A stretch of DNA of 63,059 nucleotides, counting the filler, from Octopus bimaculoides (lineage: Eukaryota), in NCBI RefSeq assembly GCF_001194135.2. It is 4 parts of 4 records of this genome, joined end to end, with 100 filler letters (N's around TTAATTAATTAA, not from the genome) between each part and the next. Parts side by side here need not be neighbours in the genome. Positions count along the whole stretch, not along the records: positions 1 to 31,225 come from NC_068987.1; 3 more parts are not named here. The stretch is one strand, 5' to 3'. The position numbers and the translations under genes were made by a program. Position 1 is the stretch's first letter; each line of letters starts with the position of its first letter. This document shows, piece after piece, positions 1 to 13,160 of this stretch. Under the pieces are notes generated by a model. That model worked only from the letters and a program-made list of their open reading frames with translations, did no database searches and was not told where the DNA came from.

Positions 1-446
1 GCTTCTGTGCATGTGTGCTTGTGAGTGTTTGTTGTGATTGTTGGGATTGTATTGTGTGAGTTTTTCTTTTGAGTGTGTGTGTGACATTTTTACTGGGGAA
101 CGGGCGTATGGTGTTTGTACGTGTGTACATATGTATGCAAATATGCGTGTGTGAATATGATTTGTGGTTGCCGGAGTGGTGTGTAGGTGTGTGCATGTAC
201 CTGTTTACGTATGTGTGTATGGGTGTTGGTTGTGGTTTCTACAATTGTATTGTAAGTGTATATATGCATGTGTTTTTTCTTGAAATGTATGTGGGTTTGT
301 GCTCTAGTGTGGATATATTGTGATTGTGTGTGTGTATATGTGTGTAAGTGTGTTCGTGTCAGAGGTTTGCATTGTATTGGTGTGTGTGTGATTTTGCTTA
401 TCTGTGTGTCTTTGTTTTGGGTGTGCACCTGGGGAGGGGGCATATG

Positions 447-767
447 TTAGAGTATGTTGAGCTGTGGTCTGTATTTTTGAATAAGATTATTTTCCCTATT
501 TATTCGTGTTTGGTCAGTGGTGTTGTCTGAGCATTGGTATAATGGGAAAACTAGGAATTTCGGGGACTTGTTTTGTGCACAGAGATCTCAGTGGCCACTG
601 AGTGATATCTGTCTTGTGGTGGGATCCCTTAATTGTTGGCGGTGGACTGTCATCCTTTCTCTGAGAGTAAGGCTCGTTTGCCCTATGTATTCTTTGTTGC
701 ACCCTTCTCACCTTATGGCATAAAGTAAATTTTTTGATGCGCAGGTGAAGTTATTTTTTATGACAAA
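447..767 (-). pseudogene. GIY-YIG endonuclease domain of the PLE ORF (two in-frame TGA)
   Basis: Manual translation: FVIKNNFTCASKNLLYAIR*EGCNKEYIGQTSLTLRERMTVHRQQLRDPTTRQISLSGH*DLCA...RINRENNLIQKYRPQLNIL*. Confidence 0.9.
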
Positions 768-1299
768 NNNNNNNNNNNNNNNNNNNNNNNNNNNNNNNNN
801 NNNNNNNNNNNNNNNNNNNNNNNNNNNNNNNNNNNNNNNNNNNNNNNNNNNNNNNNNNNNNNNNNNNNNNNNNNNNNNNNNNNNNNNNNNNNNNNNNNNN
901 NNNNNNNNNNNNNNNNNNNNNNNNNNNNNNNNNNNNNNNNNNNNNNNNNNNNNNNNNNNNNNNNNNNNNNNNNNNNNNNNNNNNNNNNNNNNNNNNNNNN
1001 NNNNNNNNNNNNNNNNNNNNNNNNNNNNNNNNNNNNNNNNNNNNNNNNNNNNNNNNNNNNNNNNNNNNNNNNNNNNNNNNNNNNNNNNNNNNNNNNNNNN
1101 NNNNNNNNNNNNNNNNNNNNNNNNNNNNNNNNNNNNNNNNNNNNNNNNNNNNNNNNNNNNNNNNNNNNNNNNNNNNNNNNNNNNNNNNNNNNNNNNNNNN
1201 NNNNNNNNNNNNNNNNNNNNNNNNNNNNNNNNNNNNNNNNNNNNNNNNNNNNNNNNNNNNNNNNNNNNNNNNNNNNNNNNNNNNNNNNNNNNNNNNNNN

Positions 1300-2270
1300 G
1301 GTACCTATTTTTATAATGAGAATGTCAAGAAAAGGAAGTTGGTCTTGACTGTATTCCATTGTAAATTGGATATGGTTGTTGACACTGTTGATTAGGGTTT
1401 TGAAGTCAAAGAGCTGGTCTAGTGTGTGGGACCATAGGATGAGGCAATCATCCAAGTAACGTTTCCAATTCTTCAACAGGTATTGGTGGAAAGACAGGCC
1501 ATATCTAGTTTTGGATTTGTCGTAGATCTGCAATTCTAAGTAGGCCATCACCAGGTTTGCATATGTAGGGGCAACTTTAGTCCCCATTGCAGTCCCTGAT
1601 ACCTGTCGATAGGTGTTATCATTAAAATTCAAAAAATTGTTTTGAAGGATAAACTTAAGGCCCTCGATGATGAATTCTTTGTTTATTCTTTCTGGGATCT
1701 CATTGTGGTATTTTTCTAGCCAGAATTTAATNNNNNNNNNNAAGGCCCTCGATGATGAATTCTTTGTTTATTCTTTCTGGGATCTCATTGTGGTATTTTT
1801 CTAGCCAGAATTTAATGGCTTCCAGTCCATATTGATGTGGGATCGTAGTGTAAAGATTTATTAGATCAAAGGAAACAATGAAAATATCTTTATCGGTATG
1901 TTTGGGTAGATGATTTAGTAGGTCCAGGTCATCTCTAACAATACTGGGTATGTGGTGAAGTATTGGGTTCAAGAGGATATCGATAAAGTTGCTTAATCTG
2001 TGTGTTTCACAGTTTGGGCCTGCCACGATTGGTCTTAGTTTAAGAACAGTGGGATGTGGTACAGTGATGCAGGTGGAAGTGGAATTTTTGCAAGCTTTTT
2101 GCAAGCTTCAGAAATAGTTTTGCTCTTGTGGATTTTTGGAAGTCCATAGACGTTGCTGGTTTTGCAATTAAAGTTTGCTAGGTAGTCGCATTCCTTTGTT
2201 GTTAAGTTGTTTCGATGTTGGCAAATGAGTGTGTTTAATTTGGTCATTGTTAACACATATATTCTCAGAC
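1300..2270 (-). pseudogene. PLE reverse transcriptase domain, frameshifted
   Basis: ORFs 751-1632, 1727-2104 and 2035-2304 carry successive RT motifs including YLDD. Confidence 0.92.
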
Positions 2271-2473
2271 AAAGAGATATACGCACACTCTCACGTACAC
2301 ACACCTAACATCCCCACCGACACAAAAAACACACAAACACACACTCATATACACATTCCACAATAAACTCTGGGACCAATAAAAACGGCACACACACANN
2401 NNNNNNNNCAAAAAACACACAAACACACACTCATATACACATTCCACAATAAACTCTGGGACCAATAAAAACG

Positions 2474-2509
<36 letters not shown>

Positions 2510-3192
2510 ACACACACGGACACGAACACACATATATACACACACACATAGAGATGTGCAGAAAACCATTGAACCATGACAGACTAGCTCACAGACCAAC
2601 CAAAAATAAAAATCCCTTTTAACTCTCCCTTCCTCCCACCCCAGCTAGCCAGTCATACTGTCTCTTAAGACAGCAAAACATTCCCTCAATACACACAAGA
2701 GAAAAAAGCCAGGTCAGTTCCTCCTCAACTTTTTGCGAACTCTTAAATATATTTCCTGGGTATATATATACATATTTTACCAAATCCACTTTGTTATAAC
2801 AACGCTGTAAACTGTTTCAAACATCTTCTTATTATTATTATCAAAGAATGTACATATGCATTTTGATACTTAAACTGTTTCTAACATTTTCTATTATTAT
2901 CAAAGCATATGTATATGTATTTTTCCATATATGTATTTTTCCATATATGTATTTTCATACTTACACTGTTTTTAACATTTTCATCTTATTATCAGAGAAT
3001 GTGTGATAATCAGTATGTAACACTACAAAGTTCATACAAAGCTTTATACTTTAAATATATTCCTCTTATTATCATCAAAGAATGTATATATGCATTTTAA
3101 TACTCAAACTGTTTTTTAACATTTTTTTATTTTTCTCAAAGACTTTTGATAATCTTTTTCTAAAAAAGTGAAACCGGTTAAGTAAATAAATA
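2271..3192 (+). mobile_element. Probable inverted PLE 3' end (pLTR) with ~60-bp minisatellite and decayed minimal hammerhead
   Basis: CA-rich on + (mirror of 1-446); tandem AAACTGTTT..AACAT..TTATTATCAAAG units at ~2805-3125; ends ACTT-TTGATAA-stem-GAAACCGGT-T-AAGT plus AATAAA. Confidence 0.5.
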
Positions 3193-4469
3193 NNNNNNNN
3201 NNNNNNNNNNNNNNNNNNNNNNNNNNNNNNNNNNNNNNNNNNNNNNNNNNNNNNNNNNNNNNNNNNNNNNNNNNNNNNNNNNNNNNNNNNNNNNNNNNNN
3301 NNNNNNNNNNNNNNNNNNNNNNNNNNNNNNNNNNNNNNNNNNNNNNNNNNNNNNNNNNNNNNNNNNNNNNNNNNNNNNNNNNNNNNNNNNNNTATATATA
3401 TATGATATTCTAATAAACGTACAGAGGCAAAAACAATACACCAAATGCATCGCTGAATACACCAAAGTCAAATATAAGAAAAACATTTTTGTACTGGTTT
3501 TATAGTATATTATTAGTTTAAGTCTACTGTCGGGTGTGATGATTTTTGCGTTACGTTTTACGAGATGGGTTTTATTACATGTTCATCTTGAAATATTCGC
3601 AGATAATTGTTTAGTTGCTCGTATCTTTTTTCGAGTCCATTCTTTATGGATGACAATATAAATAAGTACTCATCTAAGGAGTGACGTTCCCACTGACATC
3701 TGATAGTTGTGTGAATATTTACTGTGCCTGTGTAGGTATATGTATTTATTTGATTATTTAGTGTACACTGAAGTAACATATCTGTTTCTTTTTAAAATTG
3801 TATGTTCATGTACAAAACAGGATCTCTTCTTCATTATTTTGGGTATCAAAATTTACTACCAGCTTGTTTTTTAAGTCTTCCTTTAGTCCTTCACCTTCAT
3901 TAACTGCATGCTTGGATGTATGACGTGTATAATGTTGTGTTTGCAGCGATAGCGTGTTGTTTCTTTTTTGTTTATATGTAGAATGCTGAAAGCGTAGGAC
4001 CTAGAGGGTCACAGACGGCCGTTCCAACCGTTAGTTTATATAAATTAATCTGTCGGAAGTGAAAATGCATTTCAGTTATATATATCAAAGCTAATTAATT
4101 CAATAAGTTTGCTGGTATTACGAGTGGCTTTATATAGTATTTGCTTGTTCCTATATGTTACATTAGTGATTTTTTTATCGCCTCCGTCACTGAGATATTG
4201 TTGAATTGTCTTTCTACTATTAACGCGGAGACAGAACCTATTCTATCTATTTGTTTTTGTTAAGATCGTTAGAATTTCCTTAGATGACTTTATTCTAATG
4301 TTTATTCGTTTAGAAATTCAATGTTTAGGTGTATTTATATTAGTGAGACCTGTTTGCTCTGAATTTAATAGAGACCCACAAAGTAATAAACAAATATCAA
4401 ATAGATAGAAGCAATTTAAAATCTCTACAGAGTCAAAATCCAGAAAATTTCAATACGAATACTAATATT

Positions 4470-4830
4470 CTCTGCGAAATGCATGGTGTTGAGTGAAGAG
4501 TAGGTGATAGGTAACAAAGGAGCCCGGGGCTGAGCCGAACAACTCTTCTTCAAGAATGCCATCCTTAAGTAAGGAAAGCAGCCACAGCTCAAACTTGCTG
4601 TCTGTGTGGCTAGAATACAAGAAGGTCTTTGATTCTCATCATCAATCATGGTTTAAAGTGAAGAAACGTTGCACACAGAGAACCTCAATCTCTCATCTGG
4701 AGTGATATTCAATCCAGTGGCGTGACCAGATGAAGCCAATTGAATCTTTAACAGGCGCACCTGCTCTGGATCACTGTTTAAACGCGTGTCCACACTCCTG
4801 AAAGCGCATGTACTGTGCACCAAGTTCACT
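4470..4830 (+). mobile_element. Old R4/RLE-clade non-LTR RT fragment (possibly extending to ~5950)
   Basis: Translates with shifts to NKGARG*AEQLFFKNAILK and VWLEYKKVFDSHHQSW, matching the GCxEQL...WLDYKKAFDS RT motif. Confidence 0.6.
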
Positions 4831-6043
4831 ACTACCATATGCAGTTAAATGTCATGCATGAATACATATATATATANNNNNNNNNNNNNNNNNNNNNNNN
4901 NNNNNNNNNNNNNNNNNNNNNNNNNNNNNNNNNNNNNNNNNNNNNNNNNNNNNNNNNNNNTATATATGTATATATATATATATATATGCATATATGCATA
5001 TATGAATCTCAATATAAAAGGCTATACTAGCAAGGTTGTGAAAAAACCTTCCTCTGGAGGGTCAAGAACCTTTTTAATGACGTACCTGGGATGTAAACAA
5101 ACAACACAACTGAGATGCCATCTTTTTAAACAGTCCACTGGGTGAGTATTGCGCAAACTTAAATCCCAAAACTTATAATGTCAACAATGAATCTCTCCTG
5201 TCGATTATTGCGAAACAACCGAACGGGAAATCAACTTGAAGAACAATGGGTAGAATGGATTATCATTATAGAGAGCTTACGTACTGCTGGACAAAACTTT
5301 GTGTTCAACTGAGATTCATATGCCAAACAAGGTTAGTGTTGCACGTAAAAAACGAGGCTAAAATAAAACAGACCATGATAGAATGTAATGTATAAATTCT
5401 GCAACGTGACTTGTGTTTATTGGATATATTGGATATATTTATTAAAAAAAAGACCCCAGAGCTGGGTAGAACAACATTGTTCTTACGTGAGCAAATGGGC
5501 TACTGCTGTGACCTATAGACTGTATAGCTATACTATAAGGCGTTTGACTCTCATCTTCAATCATGGACTATACACTCAGAACGCTAGAATAAGTTTTAAA
5601 ATGCTGGTGTTAATTTCATTACGTAATGTGCTAAAAGATGCACGATCAAACTCTTGCCGGTTCTATACGATAGAAGCTGCAGATGAAACTAAAGATAAAT
5701 TACGCATATACATTTTGTTGATAAATTTATGCTTTACTTGAGTTATACTCAAATCACAAAAATGTGTTTGAACTGGTCACAACATTCTCAGAGGACATAA
5801 GAATGAAAAGGAATGAGTACATCCCATGTATACTGAACGGAGAAGGCGAACAATAGTGGAATATATGACTGTCATACTGAAGTCATTCCAGAACTAGCAA
5901 GTATTCAAACCTCCAGAAGTGTAGTGCAATAGTGGAGCTTGTCTATATCTAATGTAAGTACAACAAACCAGATACAGTTGTAGGAGACAGGAAACAAAAG
6001 GTGTGCGCCTTAGACAAAAATGCGTTCTACTTTTTTTTGTAAA

Positions 6044-7327
6044 TACGAGGAGGTACCCAAGAGGAACTGGAATTTTGTAATATTATTGTATTCACTTAGA
6101 TTTACATGTTTACAGTTTTATAGCCTTCAACGTATTCCCTACATGAAACAATGCATTGGTCCCGACGCATTTTCCCCAGTTCGAAGCAGTCCTGCAACTA
6201 ATGCGAAGTGATGCTTTTTAGCTCCTCTGTTGGGGTTTTTTTCACATCTTCCGCATCTACAAAACGTTTTCTTTAAGACCTTTTTCATTCGGAGAGCAAA
6301 AAATGTCGCAAGGAGGAAGATCGGATGGATAGGGAGGGTGGAAAGCGAGGTCGTCCCACGCTTAAGGGAGGTGTGCGAGGGTGCATTGTCGTAATGAATG
6401 CACGACTCTCCACTTTTTCACAGATCAGGTCGTTTCCGTCTCACCTTGTCTCACAAAGGCTTCGGTAAAATGCCCAGAAAAATGTATGGTTAATGGTTTG
6501 ACCAGGCGGAGCATATTCTGTGTGGGCAATTCCTTTCGCATTAGTGAAACACTTCAGAATCGTCTTGACATTGGACTTCATTTGACACGCTTTTTTGTGG
6601 TATTGAATGCTTCCCTTGACATGATTGCTACTTCGTTTCTCGGTCGTAGTCAAAACACCACCTTTGGTCATGAGTGAATACCTTTGAATAACGGTCTGGA
6701 TCGCCTTTCAACTGTTCTTTCAGTTCACGACACGCATTCAATTGTGAATGCTTTTCATTTTCCTTGAGCAAACAAGGCACAAATTTTTCCTGCAACTCTT
6801 TTCATTCGCAATTACTCGCTCAAACGTCGTTGGTCGGTGCTCAACGACACACCAGTCAAATCTACAATTTCCTCATTTGTTTGGCGACGGTCCTCCAAGA
6901 TCAGTTCATGAATTTTCATGATGTTTTCATTCATTTCGGAGGTAGAAGGTCACCCTGAAGGAGTTTGGTCTTCAAGTGACCATTCCTAAATCGTGAAACC
7001 ACTCTTAAACTGCGTTATATTCATGGCAGCGTCCTTGTAAGCCGTTTGAAGCATGACAACTGATTTGGCCGCAGTTTCTCCAGCAGAAAACAAAATTTTA
7101 AGGAAACACGCAGTTCCTTTGTTTGAGCCACCGCAAAAATCGACGAAGAGAAGAAGCACCTCAAAAGAAAGAGGAACCATGTCACAGTACGACCTCAGAT
7201 GCTGATGCCGATCGGCAGACTGCTGCCTGAGGGTTGCATCAATTGATTTCTAACGGTGAAAGTCTGAACTACAAAGGACGTGTCTCACAGAGAACGTTAC
7301 CGGTTACTTTTGGGTACCTCAGTTGTA
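6044..7327 (-). mobile_element. Mariner transposon remnant with both TIRs and TA target sites
   Basis: TA-CGAGGAGGTACCCAAGAGGAACTGG left and CCGGTTACTTTTGGGTACCTCAGTTG-TA right; transposase relics KSNVKTILKCF, HTEYAPPGQTIN, HYDNAPSH, HPPYPSDLPPCD. Confidence 0.9.
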
Positions 7328-9767
7328 CGGATGATAACTACTAAGGCATAAGCACTTGCCCACACTCTCCAAATATTTCCAGAGAATGAGTCCGAGTATT
7401 TCATTATTGGCATGTCAAATTTAGAGAAATCTTGGGGTGGCATTAATTACCTATAGGTAATTATGGCAATAATTACCTATAGGTTATTATGAGATCCTAT
7501 TGTGGCAGCGTTGATTTTAATAAAACGAGAATTTATATCTCAGAGTTATTTTTTCTTCACTCGTTTTTGTTTCATTTATATCAGTGTGCATTTGTGTGTG
7601 TGTGTGAGTATGTGTGTGTGTGTGTGTGTGTGCGTGTGTGCGTGCGTGTTTATGTGTGTGTGTGTGTAAGCATTAAATCCAGAATTGTTACTCCGTATTT
7701 TCTTATGGTAAAGATTATCGATTAACTGTTTATTCACTGTTAGATTCAATATTTAGATGGCTATTCTAAGTGGTCCGGTAAAGCATTTAAAGGGGAACAA
7801 AATGTGTATGAAATTTATATGAAAAGAAAACTGCATATACAGCTTACATGATGCGAACATGTTTATAAGTTACATCTGCTTCAAAAAGTCCCTCCCCGGT
7901 TGATATCTCAATGTATATTATGCAAGTAGCTCAGGCGAAGTTAAGAGAAAATTTAGTCTCAACTAGAATAAGTTTTGAAAGCTAAGTAACTTTATGCGTC
8001 ACTCCACTTAATCTAGACTTCATTCAGAGGATCAGAGATGGGAAATGAAACAGGAAGGTGGTGACATATAAGGAAACCGAACAAAAACAAATATGGAGGG
8101 TCGTTAGACCAGAACGACGCGAAAATAGTTGGAAGTTATGGGAGCAACTGTTTTCGAAGGCTCATATTGTCGTTGAATGTTCGAAATGAGGACCAGACAG
8201 ACAGCCGACAACTGATAAAGGTTCGTTCTTTGTGTTACTTGTCCTGTTTTCCATTTATTTTCTCTTGCTGTTTGCCTATTAGCTTGTTTAGGAGCAATTA
8301 TTTCAGTTGAATAAACACCTTGTCGAACTACGAATATCCACCATACGCAAACACACGCACGCGCAAAAATACTGACGCACACATTTACGCCTACTCATCT
8401 TTAAACGAAATTGTTGGCTGCAATCGGCAATTAGCCTCCGACAGTCGTATTAATATATTCGTAGATTAGTTCATCAAATTTTGTATTGTTATTTTTATGA
8501 TATCGAATGAAACTGTGAATCGGTAACAAAATTCGAACCTACTCGACCTCATCTCTTATTTAGAAATGTCTTATTTAGAAAAGGCGATTCTGTATTCCGG
8601 AGATATCGATATGATTTTATCTGATATTACACGTGTAAGTTACGAGAATCATTCTTCAAAGGCCATCTGTGAATCATTGCAAAGGTTGGTTTCCTAGTCG
8701 ATGCAATGACGAAACTCATTGATAAATCTTGATCTATATTGAGGTTATGATCCATATAATTTGCGATCTTTATGGATTGCTTTTATTTTGATTTTAGGTT
8801 AGTGCACAGAGGAATTCCTAAACGACACTTTATCGTTTCTTCTTTCATTCTAGCGAACGAAATTCCTGAACAAATGGAAATTATCAAGTATCAATGAAAT
8901 ATCATTTTCATGGATTTCTGTTCTAGAATGTACGCTTTCTTTGTCTAATTGAAGTCTTATCCAGAAGTTAAGTAACTTTCCAGAAGTCAGGTAACTTTTT
9001 CTAATAGGAGCACCAGCGGTAAAAAAAAAAAAAAAAATTCTGGGAAATTTTCGTTGATTATGAGTAAAAGAATAAACATATAAATGACATCAGCGGGATT
9101 TGAAATCAGAATATAAAAAAAAAATAGACGAGAACAAAAACTGAAAGAGTCTAACAATTTTGATGCTCCCCTGCTTTAGGGCACGTAATAATCCCGACAC
9201 TTCGGCAATGATTTAAACTCAAGATCATTTGATACATTATTATAATTTTGTGTTGCTATTTTTGTTGTTTATCTTATTTGTGTTGTGGTTATTTTGCTGT
9301 TGTACTTGTCTATCTGCCAGAGTCATTTATATTCGAAAGGAATTATTAACAACGATATTCTCGTCTTAATAATCTCACATTGTTTCACTAAGTACTTTGC
9401 CCAAAATAACCTCGTAGTTTTTTTTTTTTCCTTCATTCTTCACAAGTGTTATCTCAATTCGTATATGAACGAAGAGTGCTGTCCTCCATCACATTTTCAT
9501 GACACATACTGCATTAAGCGGAAACCTATTACGGGAATTAAAACTTAAAAACTTATGGATAATTATATCTTCCAAAATCGATGCAATTAACACTGTTAAA
9601 GAACCAATGGTGATTCAATATACAACAAAATGCACCCATTGACTTGTTGAAAATATGGATGATGATTGTAGTACTTGACAGACATTAAATAATTCAGTTA
9701 ATCATTTTGGGTACATATAGTCATTCTGTTAACATCATCGAGTCTGTCTCATATAAATATTACGCAG

Positions 9768-9837
<70 letters not shown>

Positions 9838-10057
9838 NNNNNNNNNNNNNNNNNNNNNNNNNNNNNNNNNNNNNNNNNNNNNNNNNNNNNNNNNNNNNNN
9901 NNNNNNNNNNNNNNNNNNNNNNNNNNNNNNNNNNNNNNNNNNNNNNNNNNNNNNNNNNNNNNNNNNNNNNNNNNNNNNNNNNNNNNNNNNNNNNNNNNNN
10001 NNNNNNNNNNNNNNNNNNNNNNNNNNNNNNNNNNNNNNNNNNNNNNNNNNNNNNNNN

Positions 10058-10097
<40 letters not shown>

Positions 10098-10877
10098 AAA
10101 AGGCAAACACATACGCAGACACACATTCATACATGTGTATGTGTGTGTGAATGCATGTGTACGACTATAGTTAAATAGGCAGATATAAATACATTCATAC
10201 GTACGCACACGCATGCACATATAATATATACACTCGCACACATTCTCGAGCACACACACTTACACATACATAACATTTTGTCGGTGCTATTTACGCTGTA
10301 TCTTGTTCATATTCGGTATTGAATTTTCCCACTAATACGTTATTAATAACAGAATTTCTCAAAGCGGGGTAGTGATAAGAAGGTGCTTATACATTACCTT
10401 ATACTAAACGATTATGTTCTCCTGTATTTGATTTTCGTACTGTAGTATGCCACAGTAAGATAACGAATCGAGGTAATATATATTGCCTCCAAGGTGTGGT
10501 GCACGCAATAACCGTTCTTTCTTTTTCTGCTTAATGGCATTACTCTTTATATAATTTCTCTAATAGTACTTAACTAAATGACATGATTTTACTTCAGCCT
10601 TTCGTATATGAAAGTCTTTGTACTAGAGAACAAATATCGAGAATATATTTCTTCTTAAAAACTACTTTAATGTTTTTGTGCATTTTTAATTTAGTGTCCA
10701 ACAATATGAGAAAATTCTGCATTTCGTTCAATTCCGATGTTTCCTTCACCCGCTCATACTTTTATTCATTCATCCGCTCTTAATTTTATGACATATAATT
10801 ATAATTTCTTCTTATATGCCAAAGTTTGTTTAAAATTATATAATCTTTTCCCTTGTGATATAAAGCAAAAACAATTA

Positions 10878-10884
10878 CCATCAC

Positions 10885-10947
<63 letters not shown>

Positions 10948-10970
10948 TATCATCATCATTATTATTATTA

Positions 10971-11010
<40 letters not shown>

Positions 11011-11081
11011 CATTATTATTATTATCATCATAATCATCATAATCATCATCATCATCATTATTATTATCATCATCATCATCA

Positions 11082-11172
<91 letters not shown>

Positions 11173-11185
11173 CATTATTATTATG
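10878..11185. repeat. Compound (CAT)n/(TAT)n microsatellite
   Basis: Directly visible ~300-bp trinucleotide tract; source of the poly-I/N/D/S ORFs. Confidence 0.97.
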
Positions 11186-11186
11186 A

Positions 11187-12860
11187 CTAGCAAATCTACC
11201 CATCTACGATGGAGGCATAAAATGAGGGAGGGAAATCATAACAACAGTATATAATGAAACATGTGTAACTGGATTTAAATATCGATATGATTACAAAACT
11301 TATTTGTAGATGATATTTTGTGTGTGGTCGACTCTAATTTTCAAATTACTCCGCTGCTCTACTCATAGCGACGTATAACTGACCGTGTGTAAACATTGGA
11401 GTGGGTAAAAATACACCAAACAATCTAAATTCTGGCTCTGTGCCTTGCTTGCTGTAAATGACAATGCCTGCGTGTTACTTGGAATGAACAGGCGTTTACC
11501 ATTGTGAGGTCCAGTTGCAATTACTGCTTCCATAACATTGGAATTTAGTTCTGCTACCGTGTATCTTGTTCCATTTCAGTGTCCATTGGCTGGTTCAAAA
11601 TTCTTTCTCAGTTTGGTTTTATGGAGTGGCAATCCCGATGGATTTAAGTTGTTCAAGTTATCCTGTTGCTACTTGTGGTAGTTTTCGTCATCTATTGTCT
11701 CCGAACTGCAGTACGACTTTCCCAGGGAAGTTGCTAATCATGTGTTAATTCACACTGTTTACCACTTCATTTGTTGAGGCTATGAGAGCTTACGAACACA
11801 GCCATGATGCTATTTTGTAGTTTTGACTTAAATCATTATAGACGAATTCGCATATTTCGAAAATAGATGACGTTTCGAGTACAAAATCTGGTCTAATTCG
11901 AATCACATTTCTCAGTGGGTCAGAGAACGAACATTGCCCGGAATCGATGTAGATTAAAAAGGTTGCGAAAATTGCATCTGAAGAATTTCGTACACTCATG
12001 TTTTTCTTTAGACTAAATTCCGTCACAGACATCCAGATGTACGATGCTTTCACGATGGCTTGCATTATTTGGGCTCGACTACCACGTTTAACAACAGCTA
12101 GTATCTACTTCTAGTCGCCTACAAAAGAACACATACTTCTCCAAACAGGGATTCGTTCGCTCTGGTATCGCGTAGTGAACGATCCAAATATTCGTACACG
12201 AGCTTGTCGCCTTGGCTGACTTCATCAACTATTATCAGACTGGTCACTCTGAAGAGTTGCACTGTTGCATCCTGAGATGGCACATTGCAGCAGGACTCTG
12301 GTGTTATGTTTATGGGAACTTTGAACCGAGAAATAAATGTCCGACCATTGTGCAGCAATGTTACCGTAATCCCAGATAGAACTGGGGCGAGTACGATTTT
12401 TTTCTCCGAACGTAGAAAATCTATGATGGTAATGATAAGATATGAATTGCTCGTTCCACCACTCACGATCAAAGCGAAAAACCTTGTTTTCCTGTTGTTG
12501 TAAAACTAAGTTTACAACCATATCAAAGTCGTGCTTTTGGTCAGTATTTAGAGTATTATAGACGTCAGTAGGCACTATTCGAAGACATTGTGTCATATTT
12601 ACATTCTTCTACGATAATCTTCGGCATCAGTTGACTGGTATCACTATATTCAGGTTCAGGCAGCTAGAAATCTCGAACCTCTTTATATCGGCATATTTCC
12701 TGTATTCCTACCAATTCCTAATTTCCGTTTTCAAGTCATAATGGCGTGGAACGAAGGAAAATTCCATTAAGCATTACACAATTTTATTCATACATCTATT
12801 AAAGACGATACAAAGCCATCACAATCATTCTTTAATAAAGCTTATAGCGTAATTCAGTAA
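11187..12860 (-). mobile_element. Helitron, PIF1-like helicase portion with intact 3' terminus
   Basis: SGI..TLLHNGRT..SRFKVP, LIIVDEVS, LDRSLRD, LNPSGLP, NGTR, MFTHGQLYVAMSR, NIIYK; 3' hairpin CCATC-GTA-GATGG (11200-11212) then CTAG|T. Confidence 0.9.
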
Positions 12861-13091
12861 GTTGATTTACTACCTTTCCCTTCTTTTTTTAGGAGTCATC
12901 TCCCCTTAATGTTTATTTACTTTGTAGGCCTGTAAACTGAAAAATTACCTTCAATATCCACTAAATGATCATACTTCACATTTTCTTTCGCTAAAATCCT
13001 GCCTGATTAAGTCCTTCGTAATTCAGAAATACATCGTGACAATTGGTCCAGTCATTTGACCGTCAGTTGGGTATAGACAAACAAACAGACA

Positions 13092-13160
<69 letters not shown>
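13092..13160. repeat. (TTA)n microsatellite flanking the Dong element 3' end
   Basis: Direct repeat tract. Confidence 0.97.

Larger units (their letters stand above)
1..2270 (-). mobile_element. Penelope-like retroelement (PLE), 5'-truncated and decayed, with CA-rich 3' region
   Basis: Minus strand gives YGLPKIHK, LRPIVAG, VSFDLINLYTTIP, GTAMGTKVAPTYANLVM, WKRYLDD, LPFLD (PLE RT), followed across the N-gap by a GIY-YIG domain. Confidence 0.93.

Noticed and set aside
1657-1816. Exact 75-bp direct repeat across a 10-N gap (also ~2325-2485)
   Set aside because: Unmerged contig overlap typical of short-read scaffolding.
3558-3779. 73-aa minus ORF near PLE-like sequence
   Set aside because: No motif I can recognise.
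9707-11203. Long ORFs of poly-HT/CV/YI/I/N/D (also 18760-19129, 33163-33561, 39860-40927, 46017-47144, 54164-54923)
   Set aside because: Translations of microsatellites or N-runs.
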